From contig CAZXAM010000005.1 of assembly GCA_964638545.1 (NCBI GenBank), positions 30,847 through 94,846 on the forward strand: 64,000 nt of DNA. The letters are read 5' to 3'. The notes under the pieces are model-generated. The model was not told the DNA's origin, ran no database searches, and saw nothing but the letters and a program-made list of their open reading frames with translations. Source of the stretch: an uncultured Rikenellaceae bacterium. GTDB lineage: Bacteria > Bacteroidota > Bacteroidia > Bacteroidales > VadinHA17. This document shows, in pieces, positions 28,887 through 39,009 of the stretch (positions are counted from its first letter, which is position 1; each line of letters begins with the position of its first letter). A program made the translations under genes and the position numbers.

Positions 28887-29816
28887 ATGAATCTGATCAC
28901 GGTGATTAAAGGGAAGGAAAGACTTGAGAAGCTTGTGCTTCCGGGTTTTGACGGTGTCCCGATAAAAAATGTTCTGAGGTTTGTAATGAAAGGTTTCCGG
29001 AAAGGGGTCCTTGTCACACGGGCATCTTCAATTGCCTTCAACCTTCTGATGGCACTGATCCCCGGCACAATCTTTCTGTTCACACTCATACCATTTATCC
29101 CCATCCCTAACTTCCAGGAAGAGCTTATAAAACTTTTTGAAAGCATGATGCCTGTTAATGCTTTCGATATTCTCAGGACGACGATTGTCGACATAGTGAC
29201 GAACAAGAGCGGAGGACTGCTGCTGTTCATGTTCATCGCAACTGTTATATTTTCAACGAACGGGATCCATGCCGTGATACATGCATTTGTGGTCTCGTCA
29301 CACTCCTTCAAGACAAGATCCTGGAGAAGCCAGAGAAAAGTTTCCATCCTGATACTTTTTGCCGTGCTGATGATGATAGCCATTGCCTGTATCCTAGTAA
29401 TATTCGGCAAGAGCTCGATGAACAGGCTTGTAGAGGTGGGGTTCCTCGAAAGAAAATCAGTTATATTTTTGGTGGTCCTGCTTAAATGGATACTTGTTGT
29501 AGGACTCCTGTTTCTGGCTATCTCATTTCTTTATTTTTTCGCTCCTGCCAGGAAGACTGATTTCAGATTCATTTCCCCCGGATCGATGCTCGCAACAATC
29601 CTTTTTATAATTACCTCCCTTGGATTCTCAGCATACGTGAACAGCTTTGGCCAGTACAACAAACTATATGGCTGGATGGGAACTATTATGGTAATAATGA
29701 TCTGGCTCTATCTTAATTCAATAGCTCTTCTGATAGGCTTCGAACTTAACCTGAGTATTAAGGAGGCGAGGGAACAGCATAAGGATCTGCCCGGAGCCGT
29801 TAACTGCAGTGGATAA
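28887..29816 (+). CDS. YihY/virulence factor BrkB family membrane protein
   Basis: A 309-aa ORF with 6 TM helices, the N-terminal RASSIAFNLLMALIP motif, and the C-terminal YG..G..I..M.W.Y pattern. Confidence 0.8.
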   Translation: MNLITVIKGKERLEKLVLPGFDGVPIKNVLRFVMKGFRKGVLVTRASSIAFNLLMALIPGTIFLFTLIPFIPIPNFQEELIKLFESMMPVNAFDILRTTIVDIVTNKSGGLLLFMFIATVIFSTNGIHAVIHAFVVSSHSFKTRSWRSQRKVSILILFAVLMMIAIACILVIFGKSSMNRLVEVGFLERKSVIFLVVLLKWILVVGLLFLAISFLYFFAPARKTDFRFISPGSMLATILFIITSLGFSAYVNSFGQYNKLYGWMGTIMVIMIWLYLNSIALLIGFELNLSIKEAREQHKDLPGAVNCSG

Positions 29817-31305
29817 ATTTCTTGACAAGAGCGCTGATCTCCTCCTGCTTGTTATAAAGCTTCTCACTTAATCCTTTATCATCAAAAGCCTTAAGTCTTT
29901 TTATGTCATTATCTATCACCCCCGATGGGAAAACACCATCCTTTTCATAGATGTCCCGCTGTAATACCAGGCATTCAGCCGATTCCCAGCACGAAGCAGG
30001 GAGCGATTCAAGTTTTTTAACCCTTTCACCGCCGGAAGCGTTGAAAATATTGAAATCAACATAAAGGCTTTCAGCTTTCTCCAGGGCGTCAGGCATTTCA
30101 AGCCCGTGCTCAATGGCAACCACAATTCCGGCAAAAAGCTTGTACAGATCAGCAGAACCGTCGGGAGAACGAAGCTCCACTGTCTGCTTCGCCGGCATTC
30201 CCGGAAATTCAGAGCTGTCGCCGGGATTGGCATCCTTTATCATTCCTGTTGCGCCGTTCCATCCAAGGGGTACCCTGATCAAAACCGACCTGTTCCTGTC
30301 TCCCCAGCAGATATTCGTAGGAGCTTCCTGGTGAGGAACCAGACGAAGATAGGATGTCGGAATAGTATTGCCGAATGCAGTAAGTGACTTTGACAGGTCA
30401 AGTACGCCTGCAATCATTTTTCTGGCCGGCTTGCTGAGAATGCCGTTTTCTGTCATTATATTCTTACCATCCTTTTCGAGCATCATGTGAATATGCATTC
30501 CGGAGCCTGCTTTTCCGACAGTTATCTTGGGTGCAAAGCTTAACTCGACGCCGTACTCGTAAGCAAGCATCCTTAATATCCATTTGGAAATGAGAAGCTG
30601 ATCAACTGCTTCATCAGGCTCAACCGGGAGAAATTCGATCTCATGCTGTTCAAAATCCTCATTATTTTTTGTAAAACTGCCTACCTCCGAATGGCCATAT
30701 TTGATCCTGCAACCACATCTGGCACATTTTTCGAGGGCTTCTATCCTCAGTTCCTCGAATTTTGAGAAAGGCCTTGACTGGTGATATCCTTTCTGATCGA
30801 CCAGGGGAAAGAGATCATCATGAACTGAATTAATGTAGAACTCAAGCTCTCCGAAAGCCCTGATCTTTAATCCTGTGTTTTTCTGAAAACGAGTATAGGC
30901 TTTTCGGAGAATATACTCCGGGGAGCTTTCCAGAGGCCTGCCCTCATTATTGTAAAACGAACAAAGAATCTCCAGTGAAGGCTTCTCAGTAAACGGATTA
31001 AGGAAGGCTGTCCTGTATTTCGGGATTACATACAGATCGCTTGAACCGGACTCCATGAATGAAAAAAGGCTTGAACCGTCGACTCTTTCTCCGGAAGTCA
31101 GTATAGAAACCAGATGTTCCTTGCTGTGAGGCACGAAATTCAGGGTTTTAAGCTTCCCGTCTTCGGCGGCATACCTGAAGTTTATCATTAAAATGCCTTT
31201 GGCTTCCACGAATCTTATAATGTCGTCGCGGGTAAATTCTTTTGCGGGTTTCTGAATAAACCTTACCAGCTCATTTGGATTCAATGAGATATCATCTGCA
31301 AGCAT
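29800..31305 (-). CDS. glutamine synthetase family protein (~500-aa form)
   Basis: A 501-aa ORF whose catalytic-domain motif KITVGKAGSGMHIHMML matches the GS G-S-G-x-H-x-H signature. Its 3' end overlaps yihY convergently by 17 nt. Confidence 0.75.
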   Translation of the reverse strand: MLADDISLNPNELVRFIQKPAKEFTRDDIIRFVEAKGILMINFRYAAEDGKLKTLNFVPHSKEHLVSILTSGERVDGSSLFSFMESGSSDLYVIPKYRTAFLNPFTEKPSLEILCSFYNNEGRPLESSPEYILRKAYTRFQKNTGLKIRAFGELEFYINSVHDDLFPLVDQKGYHQSRPFSKFEELRIEALEKCARCGCRIKYGHSEVGSFTKNNEDFEQHEIEFLPVEPDEAVDQLLISKWILRMLAYEYGVELSFAPKITVGKAGSGMHIHMMLEKDGKNIMTENGILSKPARKMIAGVLDLSKSLTAFGNTIPTSYLRLVPHQEAPTNICWGDRNRSVLIRVPLGWNGATGMIKDANPGDSSEFPGMPAKQTVELRSPDGSADLYKLFAGIVVAIEHGLEMPDALEKAESLYVDFNIFNASGGERVKKLESLPASCWESAECLVLQRDIYEKDGVFPSGVIDNDIKRLKAFDDKGLSEKLYNKQEEISALVKKFIHCS

Positions 31306-31328
31306 AGCATATAGATTTTTCTTTCAGG

Positions 31329-31336
31329 CAAAAGTA
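31329..31336 (-). promoter_or_regulatory. candidate -7 box (TACTTTTG) for the glutamine synthetase gene
   Basis: The minus strand reads TACTTTTG, 24 nt upstream of the ATG at 31305. Confidence 0.4.
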
Positions 31337-31419
31337 TGAATTTAAACCTCTCATACCATGCTAAAAGTCATATTATGATCAGACTGCAGGGAATGATTGG
31401 CCAAATGCCTAATTTTAAT

Positions 31420-31427
31420 TATTTTTG
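31420..31427 (+). promoter_or_regulatory. candidate -7 box (TATTTTTG) for the 434-aa lipoprotein gene
   Basis: It matches TAnnTTTG, 18-21 nt upstream of the TTG/ATG at 31445/31448. Confidence 0.4.
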
Positions 31428-31444
31428 ATCCGGAAAATTGAATT

Positions 31445-32749
31445 TTGATGAACAGATGGATGAAATCAGCACTCCTGTTGCTTCTTGCAGGTTGCGCAGA
31501 AAAACAACAGGAAACTTACCTTGTTCCTGAAAAAGCGCTGCAGTACTTCAGTAGAATTGAGCAGGCATGCAATAAAGATAACGGTAAGCTATGGGGAAAG
31601 AATCTCTACGGGCCTGTAATGTTCGTTGACCGGAATTCAAGAAAAATATTCGCAAATCAATCAGACCTTGAAGGGTTGCTTAAGGGAAAGGATGGAATAT
31701 TCCTGGGGACATACCCCAAAGAGCTGATGATCAGCAACAATGCTGTTCGTTACGGAGGCACTTTGTTCGCTATGGCTCCAATACCCTCCGAAGAAGATGG
31801 CGACCTGATGATAAACAGGGCCATCCATGCGCTGTTCCACTGTTTCCAGGAATCGGCCGGATTGAACTCCTCGGGCTATAATACAAACAATATGGATGAG
31901 AAGAATGCCCGCCTGTGGATCAAGCTCGAATGGAAAGCTCTCAGAAAGGCTCTTAATTCTGAAGGAGCGGAACAACAGCTCGCATTAAGGGATGCCCTTG
32001 TTTTCAAGGGATCAAATCGTGAACAGTATCCGGAATATGTTTCTGAGGAGATAAAATTTGAAAACTACGAAGGGCTTGCGGCATTTACCTCTATCCTTCT
32101 TACTGCAGAATCGCCGGAACAGAATAAGGAGCAGCTTTTTGAATATCTCGACAGGATTTATTCCAGACCATCATTTTCCCGCTCATACGGAGCAGTTACC
32201 GGTGCGCTTTATGCAAATCTTCTTCATATCAGGGAATATGATTTCAAGAGTATTAAATCCGAAAACGTGGATCTTTCAGAAGAAGTCAGGAAACTATTTG
32301 AAGTTCAGCTTCCTGAAGTTTGCCGCGATGTTGCCGGAAGCATTGCCCTGAATTATGAAGTAGGTATCATTCAGAATGAAGAAGCAGAACGGGAAGCCGA
32401 TATAAAAGAAAGAATACACAGGCGAATGAGCACCTTCATTGAAAAACCTGTCGTTTACCTTGAACTATTAAGTCCCTATTTTGATTTTGAGGATACAGAT
32501 ATCCACCCGATGGATACGCTCGGTACGCTTTACAATGCATTGCGTGTTTCTGACAACTGGGGCAAGCTTACAGTCGAAAACGGTGGCTGCCTTGTTTCAA
32601 ATAACCTGAAATATCTCCGTATAACCGCCAGGGGCTACAAGGCAGATAAAAACCGAATAAATGGAGAAGGTTGGCACCTCGTCTTAAACAACGGATGGGC
32701 TCTGGACAAAGTGAATGATAATTACCTGGTAAGAAAGCAGAAGCCGTAG
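31445..32749 (+). CDS. hypothetical lipoprotein
   Basis: A 434-aa ORF with a signal peptide and lipobox LLLLAGC. I recognise no family; it contains an H-x3-H stretch (IHALFHCFQE). Confidence 0.55.
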   Translation: MMNRWMKSALLLLLAGCAEKQQETYLVPEKALQYFSRIEQACNKDNGKLWGKNLYGPVMFVDRNSRKIFANQSDLEGLLKGKDGIFLGTYPKELMISNNAVRYGGTLFAMAPIPSEEDGDLMINRAIHALFHCFQESAGLNSSGYNTNNMDEKNARLWIKLEWKALRKALNSEGAEQQLALRDALVFKGSNREQYPEYVSEEIKFENYEGLAAFTSILLTAESPEQNKEQLFEYLDRIYSRPSFSRSYGAVTGALYANLLHIREYDFKSIKSENVDLSEEVRKLFEVQLPEVCRDVAGSIALNYEVGIIQNEEAEREADIKERIHRRMSTFIEKPVVYLELLSPYFDFEDTDIHPMDTLGTLYNALRVSDNWGKLTVENGGCLVSNNLKYLRITARGYKADKNRINGEGWHLVLNNGWALDKVNDNYLVRKQKP

Positions 32750-32774
32750 ATCCTGTCGTGCAATCGTGTAATAA

Positions 32775-35402
32775 TTATTTCAGGCTTTTCTCCCTCTCTT
32801 CCAGCGACTTTATTTTCGACTCTGCATCGCTCTTCTTTTTTCTCTCCACCTCAAGGACATTAGCCGGAGCATTCTGAACAAACCGCTCATTATCAAGCTT
32901 TTTCATTACCGATGCCAGAAAGCCCCGGTAATATTTAAGCTCCTCACTTATCTTTGACAGCTCAGCTTCAGTGTCAAGCTTTCCGCTGAGCGGGACATAA
33001 AATTCGGTAGTGCCTACCATGAATGAGGCAGCTCCCTCCTCTTTAATGTCAGTGAAGGTTACCGCATCAAGGTTGCACAGCTTCACAATAACAGGAAGGA
33101 ATTCCATTTCAAATGTTTTCTTATCAGCCTTTATGACAAGATTAAGTTTCTCCTTACTGGGGATATCTCTCTCCTTCCTTACACTCCTGATTGAGCTGAT
33201 TATCTCCTTGGAAGTTTCAAACTTTGCGATAATTTCCTTATTGTATTTTTTCGAGACGGGCATTTTGCTGATCATAATGCTTTCCCCCTCTTTCCTCTCC
33301 GAAAGCATCTGCCAGATGTCTTCAGAAATAAATGGCATGAACGGATGGATCAGCCTCATCAGGCGGTCAAAAAATAAGAAAGTAGCTTCGTATGTTGCCT
33401 TGTCGGCTGGTTTTTCATACTCAGGCTTTATAGCTTCGAGGTACCATCCGGAGAACTCATCCCAGAAAAGCTTATATACAATCATCAGGGCTTCAGATAT
33501 CCTGAACTTCCTGAAGTTTGAATCGATCTCGGCAGTAGCTTTCTTCAGAGCTTCGTCCATCCATTTAACAGCTGCCGCTGATGATTCGGGCTGATTGAGT
33601 TTTTCATCGATCTTCCATCCTTTTACAAGGCGGAATGCATTCCATATCTTATTGGCAAAATTGCGGCCCTGTTCCGGAAGAGAATCATCATAGAGGAGAT
33701 CGTTGCCGGCAGGCGAGCAGAAGAGCATACCCACTCTTACCCCGTCGGCACCGTATTTTGCAATAAGATCGAGAGGTTCGGGTGAATTCCCCAGCGACTT
33801 CGACATTTTCCTCCTCTTCTGGTCGCGCACCAGTCCGGTCAGGTACACATTCCTGAAAGGTTTTTCACCCCTGTATTCGTATCCTGCGATGATCATCCTG
33901 GCCACCCAGAAAAATAATATTTCCGGCGCTGTTATCAGGTCATTGGTCGGGTAATAATATTTCATGTCCGGATTATCCGGTTTGTTAATTCCGTCAAATG
34001 AAGTTATAGGCCAGAGCCATGATGAGAACCATGTGTCAAGCACATCTTCATCCTGCTTAAGATCTTCTTCCTTCAAGGTTATGTCCCCGCTTTTTTTGCG
34101 GGCCAGCTCGAGCGCTTCACTTAAGTTCTCTGCAACAACAAATTCATTCTTGTTAAAATACCAAGCAGGAATCCTGTGCCCCCACCAAAGCTGGCGGCTG
34201 ATGCACCAGTCATGTACATTCTCCATCCAGTGGCGGTACAGGTTTTTGAATTTTGAGGGGTGAAGATGAATCTCTCCGTTCATTACAGCGTCAAGGGCAG
34301 GTTTTGAGATTTCCTGCATTTTGACGAACCACTGGGTCGAGAGCTTAGGCTCTATTATTGCATGAGTTCTTTCGGAACGGCCTATCTTATTATTATACGG
34401 AACAACCTTGAAAAGGTTTCCTGTTTGCTTCAGTTCTTTTTCAGCCAGGTCCTTTGCCAGGAACCTGTCGACTCCGGCAAATATGCCCGCCCGGGGATGA
34501 ATTGTCCCATCATCATTGAAGATATCAATAGTTTCAAGATTATGCCTCTGGCCTATAGCGTAGTCGTTTATATCGTGAGCCGGTGTTATTTTGAGGCACC
34601 CGGTTCCGAATTCCATATCGACATATTCGTCGAATATGAACGGAACCTCACGCTTTGTCATAGGAACAAGGACTTTCTTCCCTTTCAGGTGCTGGTATCT
34701 CTTGTCATTCGGATTGGCACATACTGCGGTATCGCCAAGAATTGTCTCCGGACGTGTTGTCGCAACGGTTACATAATCATTCCAGCCAACAACCTTGTAC
34801 CTGACATAATAAAGCTTTGATTGTTCTTCGGTAAAGTAAACCTCTTCGTCAGATACAGCTGTCCTTGCCTGTGGATCCCAGTTTACCATCCTTATACCTC
34901 TGTATATCAAGCCTTTATTATACAAGTCGACAAAAACCTTAATTACTGAATCATAACGTGGCTTATCCATCGTGAAAAGCGTCCTCTCCCAGTCGCATGA
35001 AGCGCCAAGCTTCTTAAGCTGTTCGAGAATAATACCGCCGTGTTTGTTCGTCCACGTCCAGGCATGCTCAAGGAATTTTTCACGGGAGAGATTCTTTTTT
35101 TCAATTCCTTCACTTTTTAGCTTCGCCACCACCTTCGCCTCTGTCGCTATTGAAGCATGGTCTGTCCCCGGTACCCAGCAGGCATTCTTACCAAGCATCC
35201 GTGCACGACGTATAAGAACATCCTGTATTGTATTATTCAGCATGTGGCCCATGTGAAGCACCCCGGTTACGTTAGGGGGAGGTATGACGATGGTATAAGG
35301 TTCCCTGTTGTCGGGTTTGCTGCTGAAGAAGCCATGCTTCATCCAGTAGTCATACCATTTGCTCTCCGCTTTTCCCGGCTCGTATTTCGTAGGTATTTCC
35401 AT
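32775..35402 (-). CDS. valS: valine--tRNA ligase
   Basis: An 875-aa ORF with the HIGH-type motif [16 protein letters not shown], the KMSKS motif, and a C-terminal coiled coil. Confidence 0.95.
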   Translation of the reverse strand: MEIPTKYEPGKAESKWYDYWMKHGFFSSKPDNREPYTIVIPPPNVTGVLHMGHMLNNTIQDVLIRRARMLGKNACWVPGTDHASIATEAKVVAKLKSEGIEKKNLSREKFLEHAWTWTNKHGGIILEQLKKLGASCDWERTLFTMDKPRYDSVIKVFVDLYNKGLIYRGIRMVNWDPQARTAVSDEEVYFTEEQSKLYYVRYKVVGWNDYVTVATTRPETILGDTAVCANPNDKRYQHLKGKKVLVPMTKREVPFIFDEYVDMEFGTGCLKITPAHDINDYAIGQRHNLETIDIFNDDGTIHPRAGIFAGVDRFLAKDLAEKELKQTGNLFKVVPYNNKIGRSERTHAIIEPKLSTQWFVKMQEISKPALDAVMNGEIHLHPSKFKNLYRHWMENVHDWCISRQLWWGHRIPAWYFNKNEFVVAENLSEALELARKKSGDITLKEEDLKQDEDVLDTWFSSWLWPITSFDGINKPDNPDMKYYYPTNDLITAPEILFFWVARMIIAGYEYRGEKPFRNVYLTGLVRDQKRRKMSKSLGNSPEPLDLIAKYGADGVRVGMLFCSPAGNDLLYDDSLPEQGRNFANKIWNAFRLVKGWKIDEKLNQPESSAAAVKWMDEALKKATAEIDSNFRKFRISEALMIVYKLFWDEFSGWYLEAIKPEYEKPADKATYEATFLFFDRLMRLIHPFMPFISEDIWQMLSERKEGESIMISKMPVSKKYNKEIIAKFETSKEIISSIRSVRKERDIPSKEKLNLVIKADKKTFEMEFLPVIVKLCNLDAVTFTDIKEEGAASFMVGTTEFYVPLSGKLDTEAELSKISEELKYYRGFLASVMKKLDNERFVQNAPANVLEVERKKKSDAESKIKSLEEREKSLK

Positions 35403-35436
35403 CAGGTGTGAAGGTTAATCAGGAATATTTGAAAGG

Positions 35437-35444
35437 CAAAAATA
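35437..35444 (-). promoter_or_regulatory. candidate -7 box (TATTTTTG) for valS
   Basis: The minus strand reads TATTTTTG, 35 nt upstream of the valS ATG. Confidence 0.4.
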
Positions 35445-35536
35445 GGAAAATTAGTTATATTAGCTCCCTGGAGATCAAAAAGCCTGCCTGTTTTCGCGGA
35501 AATCCGGGAATGATTCTCCTTAAAAATAGCATCAAA

Positions 35537-36487
35537 ATGAACCGGCGGAAATACACCTTGTTTACACTGTTGCTGTGCTCTTTTTTGCTGGCGCTTACAA
35601 CCTGCAAAAAAGAGGAATCCGAAGAGGAAAGAAGGGAAATCCTTATCAGGACGCTCTTACAGGATATAAGCGCAGATTCGATCAGGAATGACATTGTCTG
35701 GCTTCAAAACATAGGTTCCAGGTTTTCTCTTGCCGACAATCATCTGGCGGTTGCCCTGAAGATAGAAAAGAGATTCCGCGATCTTGGATATTCAAATGCA
35801 TTCCTTGATACCTTCAGCATAGTGAAAACCTTCAGGAATGTTACCTACATTCAGAAACAGTATAATGTAATTTCCTTCATTGAGGGGACAGAATATCCTG
35901 ATTCCCTGTGCGTGGTTGGAGGTCATTATGATAATGTTCTTGGCATCTCTGATCTTTCAGTTGTACCGGGGGCAAATGACAATGCCAGCGGAACTTCGGC
36001 GGTCCTTGAAGTTGCGAGAGTGATGAAAAAAAATAATTACAAGCCGAAAAGTACAATTATGTTCATTGCTTTTGGAGCAGAGGAGCTTGGGCTGCTTGGA
36101 AGCAGGGACTTTGCCGGGTATCCCAACGGATTTTCAGGGAGAGTCAGGTTCATGCTCAACTCTGATATGATCGCTTATGAAGTTTCATCCACCTCCGCTG
36201 ATTGGTATGTCAACATTATGGATTACGATAATTCACATTCGCTGAGGCATGAAGCAGAAGCGATATGCGACAAGTATACACTTCTGAACTATACCAACGA
36301 CAATACTTATAACAAGCAGAGCGACAGCTATCCGTTCTTCACTAACGGCTATAAAGCACTTTTCTTCTTCGCGGGAGACAGCGATCCAAATTATCATACT
36401 TTAAATGATGTTGCCGCGAACTGCAATTTCGGGTACTGTGCTGAAGTTGTGAAGCTGCAATGTGCACTTCTTGCAGATAAGAACTAA
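35537..36487 (+). CDS. M28-family aminopeptidase (lipoprotein)
   Basis: It has the motifs GGHYDN and GANDNASGTSAVLEVAR and the FIAFGAEELGLLGS metal-ligand pattern. The ORF track start 35408 is probably too far upstream. The signal peptide/lipobox starts at MNRRKYTLFTLLLCSFLLALTTC (ATG 35537). Confidence 0.8.
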   Translation: MNRRKYTLFTLLLCSFLLALTTCKKEESEEERREILIRTLLQDISADSIRNDIVWLQNIGSRFSLADNHLAVALKIEKRFRDLGYSNAFLDTFSIVKTFRNVTYIQKQYNVISFIEGTEYPDSLCVVGGHYDNVLGISDLSVVPGANDNASGTSAVLEVARVMKKNNYKPKSTIMFIAFGAEELGLLGSRDFAGYPNGFSGRVRFMLNSDMIAYEVSSTSADWYVNIMDYDNSHSLRHEAEAICDKYTLLNYTNDNTYNKQSDSYPFFTNGYKALFFFAGDSDPNYHTLNDVAANCNFGYCAEVVKLQCALLADKN

Positions 36488-36545
36488 AATACTTCTGCAG
36501 GTTCGTTACGATAGTTTCATCAGGTTTATTAAATCTTATTTTTCT

Positions 36546-36553
36546 TACTTTTG
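36546..36553 (+). promoter_or_regulatory. candidate -7 box (TACTTTTG) for the aminotransferase gene
   Basis: It matches TAnnTTTG, 28 nt upstream of the ATG at 36581. Confidence 0.4.
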
Positions 36554-36580
36554 AATCCTTAGAATTAAAAACATCAGAAA

Positions 36581-37780
36581 ATGCCGACAATATCCGATAA
36601 AGGAAGGGCGATGCCTTCCTCACCCATAAGAAAACTGGCGCCTTATGACGATGAAGCCAGACGAAGAGGTATAAAAGTTTACCATCTCAATATAGGTCAG
36701 CCTGATATCCCTACTCCTGAGGTTGCTCTCAAAGCGATAAGGAACCTTAACATAAATGTAATTGAATACAGTCATTCGGCAGGTAACGAATCATATCGCC
36801 GGAAACTGGCCCGTTTTTACCAGGAAAAAGGATTCAGGATCGATCATAACGACCTGCTGATTACAACAGGCGGGTCGGAAGCAATTCTCTTCGCGTTCAA
36901 CTCATGCCTTAATCCGGGCGACGAGGTGATAACACCTGAACCATTCTATGCCAATTACAATGGTTTCGCAATATCGTCAGGAATCAATATAGTTCCTGTG
37001 ACATCACATATTAAAAATGATTTTGCCCTTCCCCCGATAAGCGAAATTGAGAATAGGATAACACCCAGGACAAAGGGGATCATAGTCTGCAGCCCGAACA
37101 ATCCTACCGGATATCTTTATTCCAGGGAGGAATTTCTCCAGCTCCGGGAGATCATTGTCAGGCACGACCTCTACCTGTTCTCCGATGAAGCATACAGGGA
37201 ATTCTGCTATGACAGGGCAAGACATTTTTCGGCAATGATGCTGGAAGGAGTTGATAATAATGTCGTTATGGTCGACAGTGTATCGAAGCGCTACAGTGAG
37301 TGCGGTGTAAGAATAGGCGCACTTGTTACTAAGAATAAGGAAGTTATCTCCACTGCCCTGAAATTCGCGCAGGCGCGTCTCTCCCCTCCCGGCCTTGGTC
37401 AGATAGCCGGAGAAGCATCTATCGACACTCCTCCGGAATATTTTAAAGATGTCAACAGGGAATATACCGCACGCCGTAACTACATGGTTGAGGCTCTGAA
37501 TAAGATACCTGGTGTCTATTGCCCGAAACCCAAAGGTGCATTTTATACGGTTGTAAAGCTTCCGGTGGACGATTCCGACAAATTTGCACAGTGGCTTCTG
37601 GAAGAGTTTGAGTATAAGAACCAGACTGTAATGGTAGCTCCTGCATCAGGGTTCTATTCGACTCCTGGTCTCGGCAAAGATGAGGTCCGCATCGCATACG
37701 TCCTCAAGATCGACGACCTGAAAAATGCTATGGAGGTGCTGGCTGAGGCGCTGAAGGTATATCCCGGCAGGAGGCAATAG
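36581..37780 (+). CDS. PLP-dependent class I/II aminotransferase (aspartate aminotransferase-like)
   Basis: A 399-aa ORF with the NNPTG motif and a PLP-lysine context SVSKRYSECGVRIG. Confidence 0.8.
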   Translation: MPTISDKGRAMPSSPIRKLAPYDDEARRRGIKVYHLNIGQPDIPTPEVALKAIRNLNINVIEYSHSAGNESYRRKLARFYQEKGFRIDHNDLLITTGGSEAILFAFNSCLNPGDEVITPEPFYANYNGFAISSGINIVPVTSHIKNDFALPPISEIENRITPRTKGIIVCSPNNPTGYLYSREEFLQLREIIVRHDLYLFSDEAYREFCYDRARHFSAMMLEGVDNNVVMVDSVSKRYSECGVRIGALVTKNKEVISTALKFAQARLSPPGLGQIAGEASIDTPPEYFKDVNREYTARRNYMVEALNKIPGVYCPKPKGAFYTVVKLPVDDSDKFAQWLLEEFEYKNQTVMVAPASGFYSTPGLGKDEVRIAYVLKIDDLKNAMEVLAEALKVYPGRRQ

Positions 37781-37785
37781 AACAG

Positions 37786-38961
37786 CTATTTGTAAAGCAA
37801 GTACTTTACTCTGATCCTGCTGAACTTCTCCAGCCCCTCTTTCCAGGTTTCCCTGATTTGTTCGGAAGTCATCCCCTTCCGGATCTGTTCCCTGATTGTC
37901 GGTCCACCGGCAAGAACATCAAAATAGGAAGTAAAGAACTTGTCTTTTTCAGGATAATTATTGTATGCGTCAATTACCCATCCGAGGTTGATCTTCGGAA
38001 CCGGTACCAGTCCGTCTTTCAATGCGTTACGCAGGTCAGCGCCGTAGCATTTGATCCCCAGAAGCGGTGGATTACTGGCTCCGGGAACGCTTTCGGGAGT
38101 AAAGCTGAATCCCCTGTCAGGAAGAAGGGGAGAACCATAAGCCTGGAAGGGAAATGAAGTGCCCCTGCCGAGTGAAATATTTGTTCCTTCAAAAAAACAA
38201 ATGGAAGGATACAGGTAGATTGAGTTCTGGTTCGGAAGATTTGGCGAAGGCCTGACGGGAAGATCATAATATGTATTGTGATCATAATTCAGGCATTTGA
38301 TAACTGTAAGATCACATTTAATACCTCCTTTCAGCCAACCTTCGCCGTTGATCATCATCGCATACTCCCCCACAGTCATTCCATGAACTATCGGAACCGG
38401 ATGCATGCCAACAAATGAACTGTAGGCTGTATCAAGTATATTGCCATCAAAATAGAATCCATTGGGATTCGGCCTGTCGAGAACAATGCATTTCCTGTTG
38501 TGTTCAGCACATGATTCCAGGATATAATGCAATGTGGAGATATATGTATAGAATCTAACGCCTACATCCTGAATATCAAAAAGGACGACATCAACTCCCT
38601 TCAGATCTTCTTCTGATGGTTTTTGATGCGAGCCATAAAGGCTTGTGATCGGTAATCCAGTTTTTACATCTTTACCATCTTTTATCACTTCGCCTGCATC
38701 TGCCATATCGCGAAATCCGTGTTCAGGAGCGAATATTTTAATAACTCTTTTAATTTCAACACCGTTATTCAAAAGAAAATCTACTAGATGAACTTCCCCG
38801 ACAGTTGATGTCTGATTTGCAGCTATGGCAATCGACTTATCTTCTATGAGATGCTTATACTTATCAAATTGTCTTGCCCCGGTAACCGGAGGTTTTTCAA
38901 CTCCGAAGCAGGATGGGACCAAAACAAGAAATGTCAACAAGACAGGGAATAGTTTTTTCAT
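37786..38961 (-). CDS. DUF1343 family protein (exo-beta-N-acetylmuramidase NamZ-like)
   Basis: A 391-aa ORF with a signal peptide. The motifs are IFAPEHGFRD...DxxTGLPIxSLYG...DVVLFDIQDVGVRFYTYISTL...VLDRPNPNG. Confidence 0.75.
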   Translation of the reverse strand: MKKLFPVLLTFLVLVPSCFGVEKPPVTGARQFDKYKHLIEDKSIAIAANQTSTVGEVHLVDFLLNNGVEIKRVIKIFAPEHGFRDMADAGEVIKDGKDVKTGLPITSLYGSHQKPSEEDLKGVDVVLFDIQDVGVRFYTYISTLHYILESCAEHNRKCIVLDRPNPNGFYFDGNILDTAYSSFVGMHPVPIVHGMTVGEYAMMINGEGWLKGGIKCDLTVIKCLNYDHNTYYDLPVRPSPNLPNQNSIYLYPSICFFEGTNISLGRGTSFPFQAYGSPLLPDRGFSFTPESVPGASNPPLLGIKCYGADLRNALKDGLVPVPKINLGWVIDAYNNYPEKDKFFTSYFDVLAGGPTIREQIRKGMTSEQIRETWKEGLEKFSRIRVKYLLYK

Positions 38962-39009
38962 AGTGCTGTTTTGTGCGGTAAATCTACTAATTTTGAATTC
39001 TATCTTCTT

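Noticed and set aside
29800-29816. Convergent 3'-end overlaps: yihY with the GS gene (17 nt), and the OlsB-like gene with purF (4 nt, at 62370-62373).
   Set aside because: Short convergent overlaps are common in compact bacterial genomes. There is no evidence of a frameshift, a fusion or antisense regulation.
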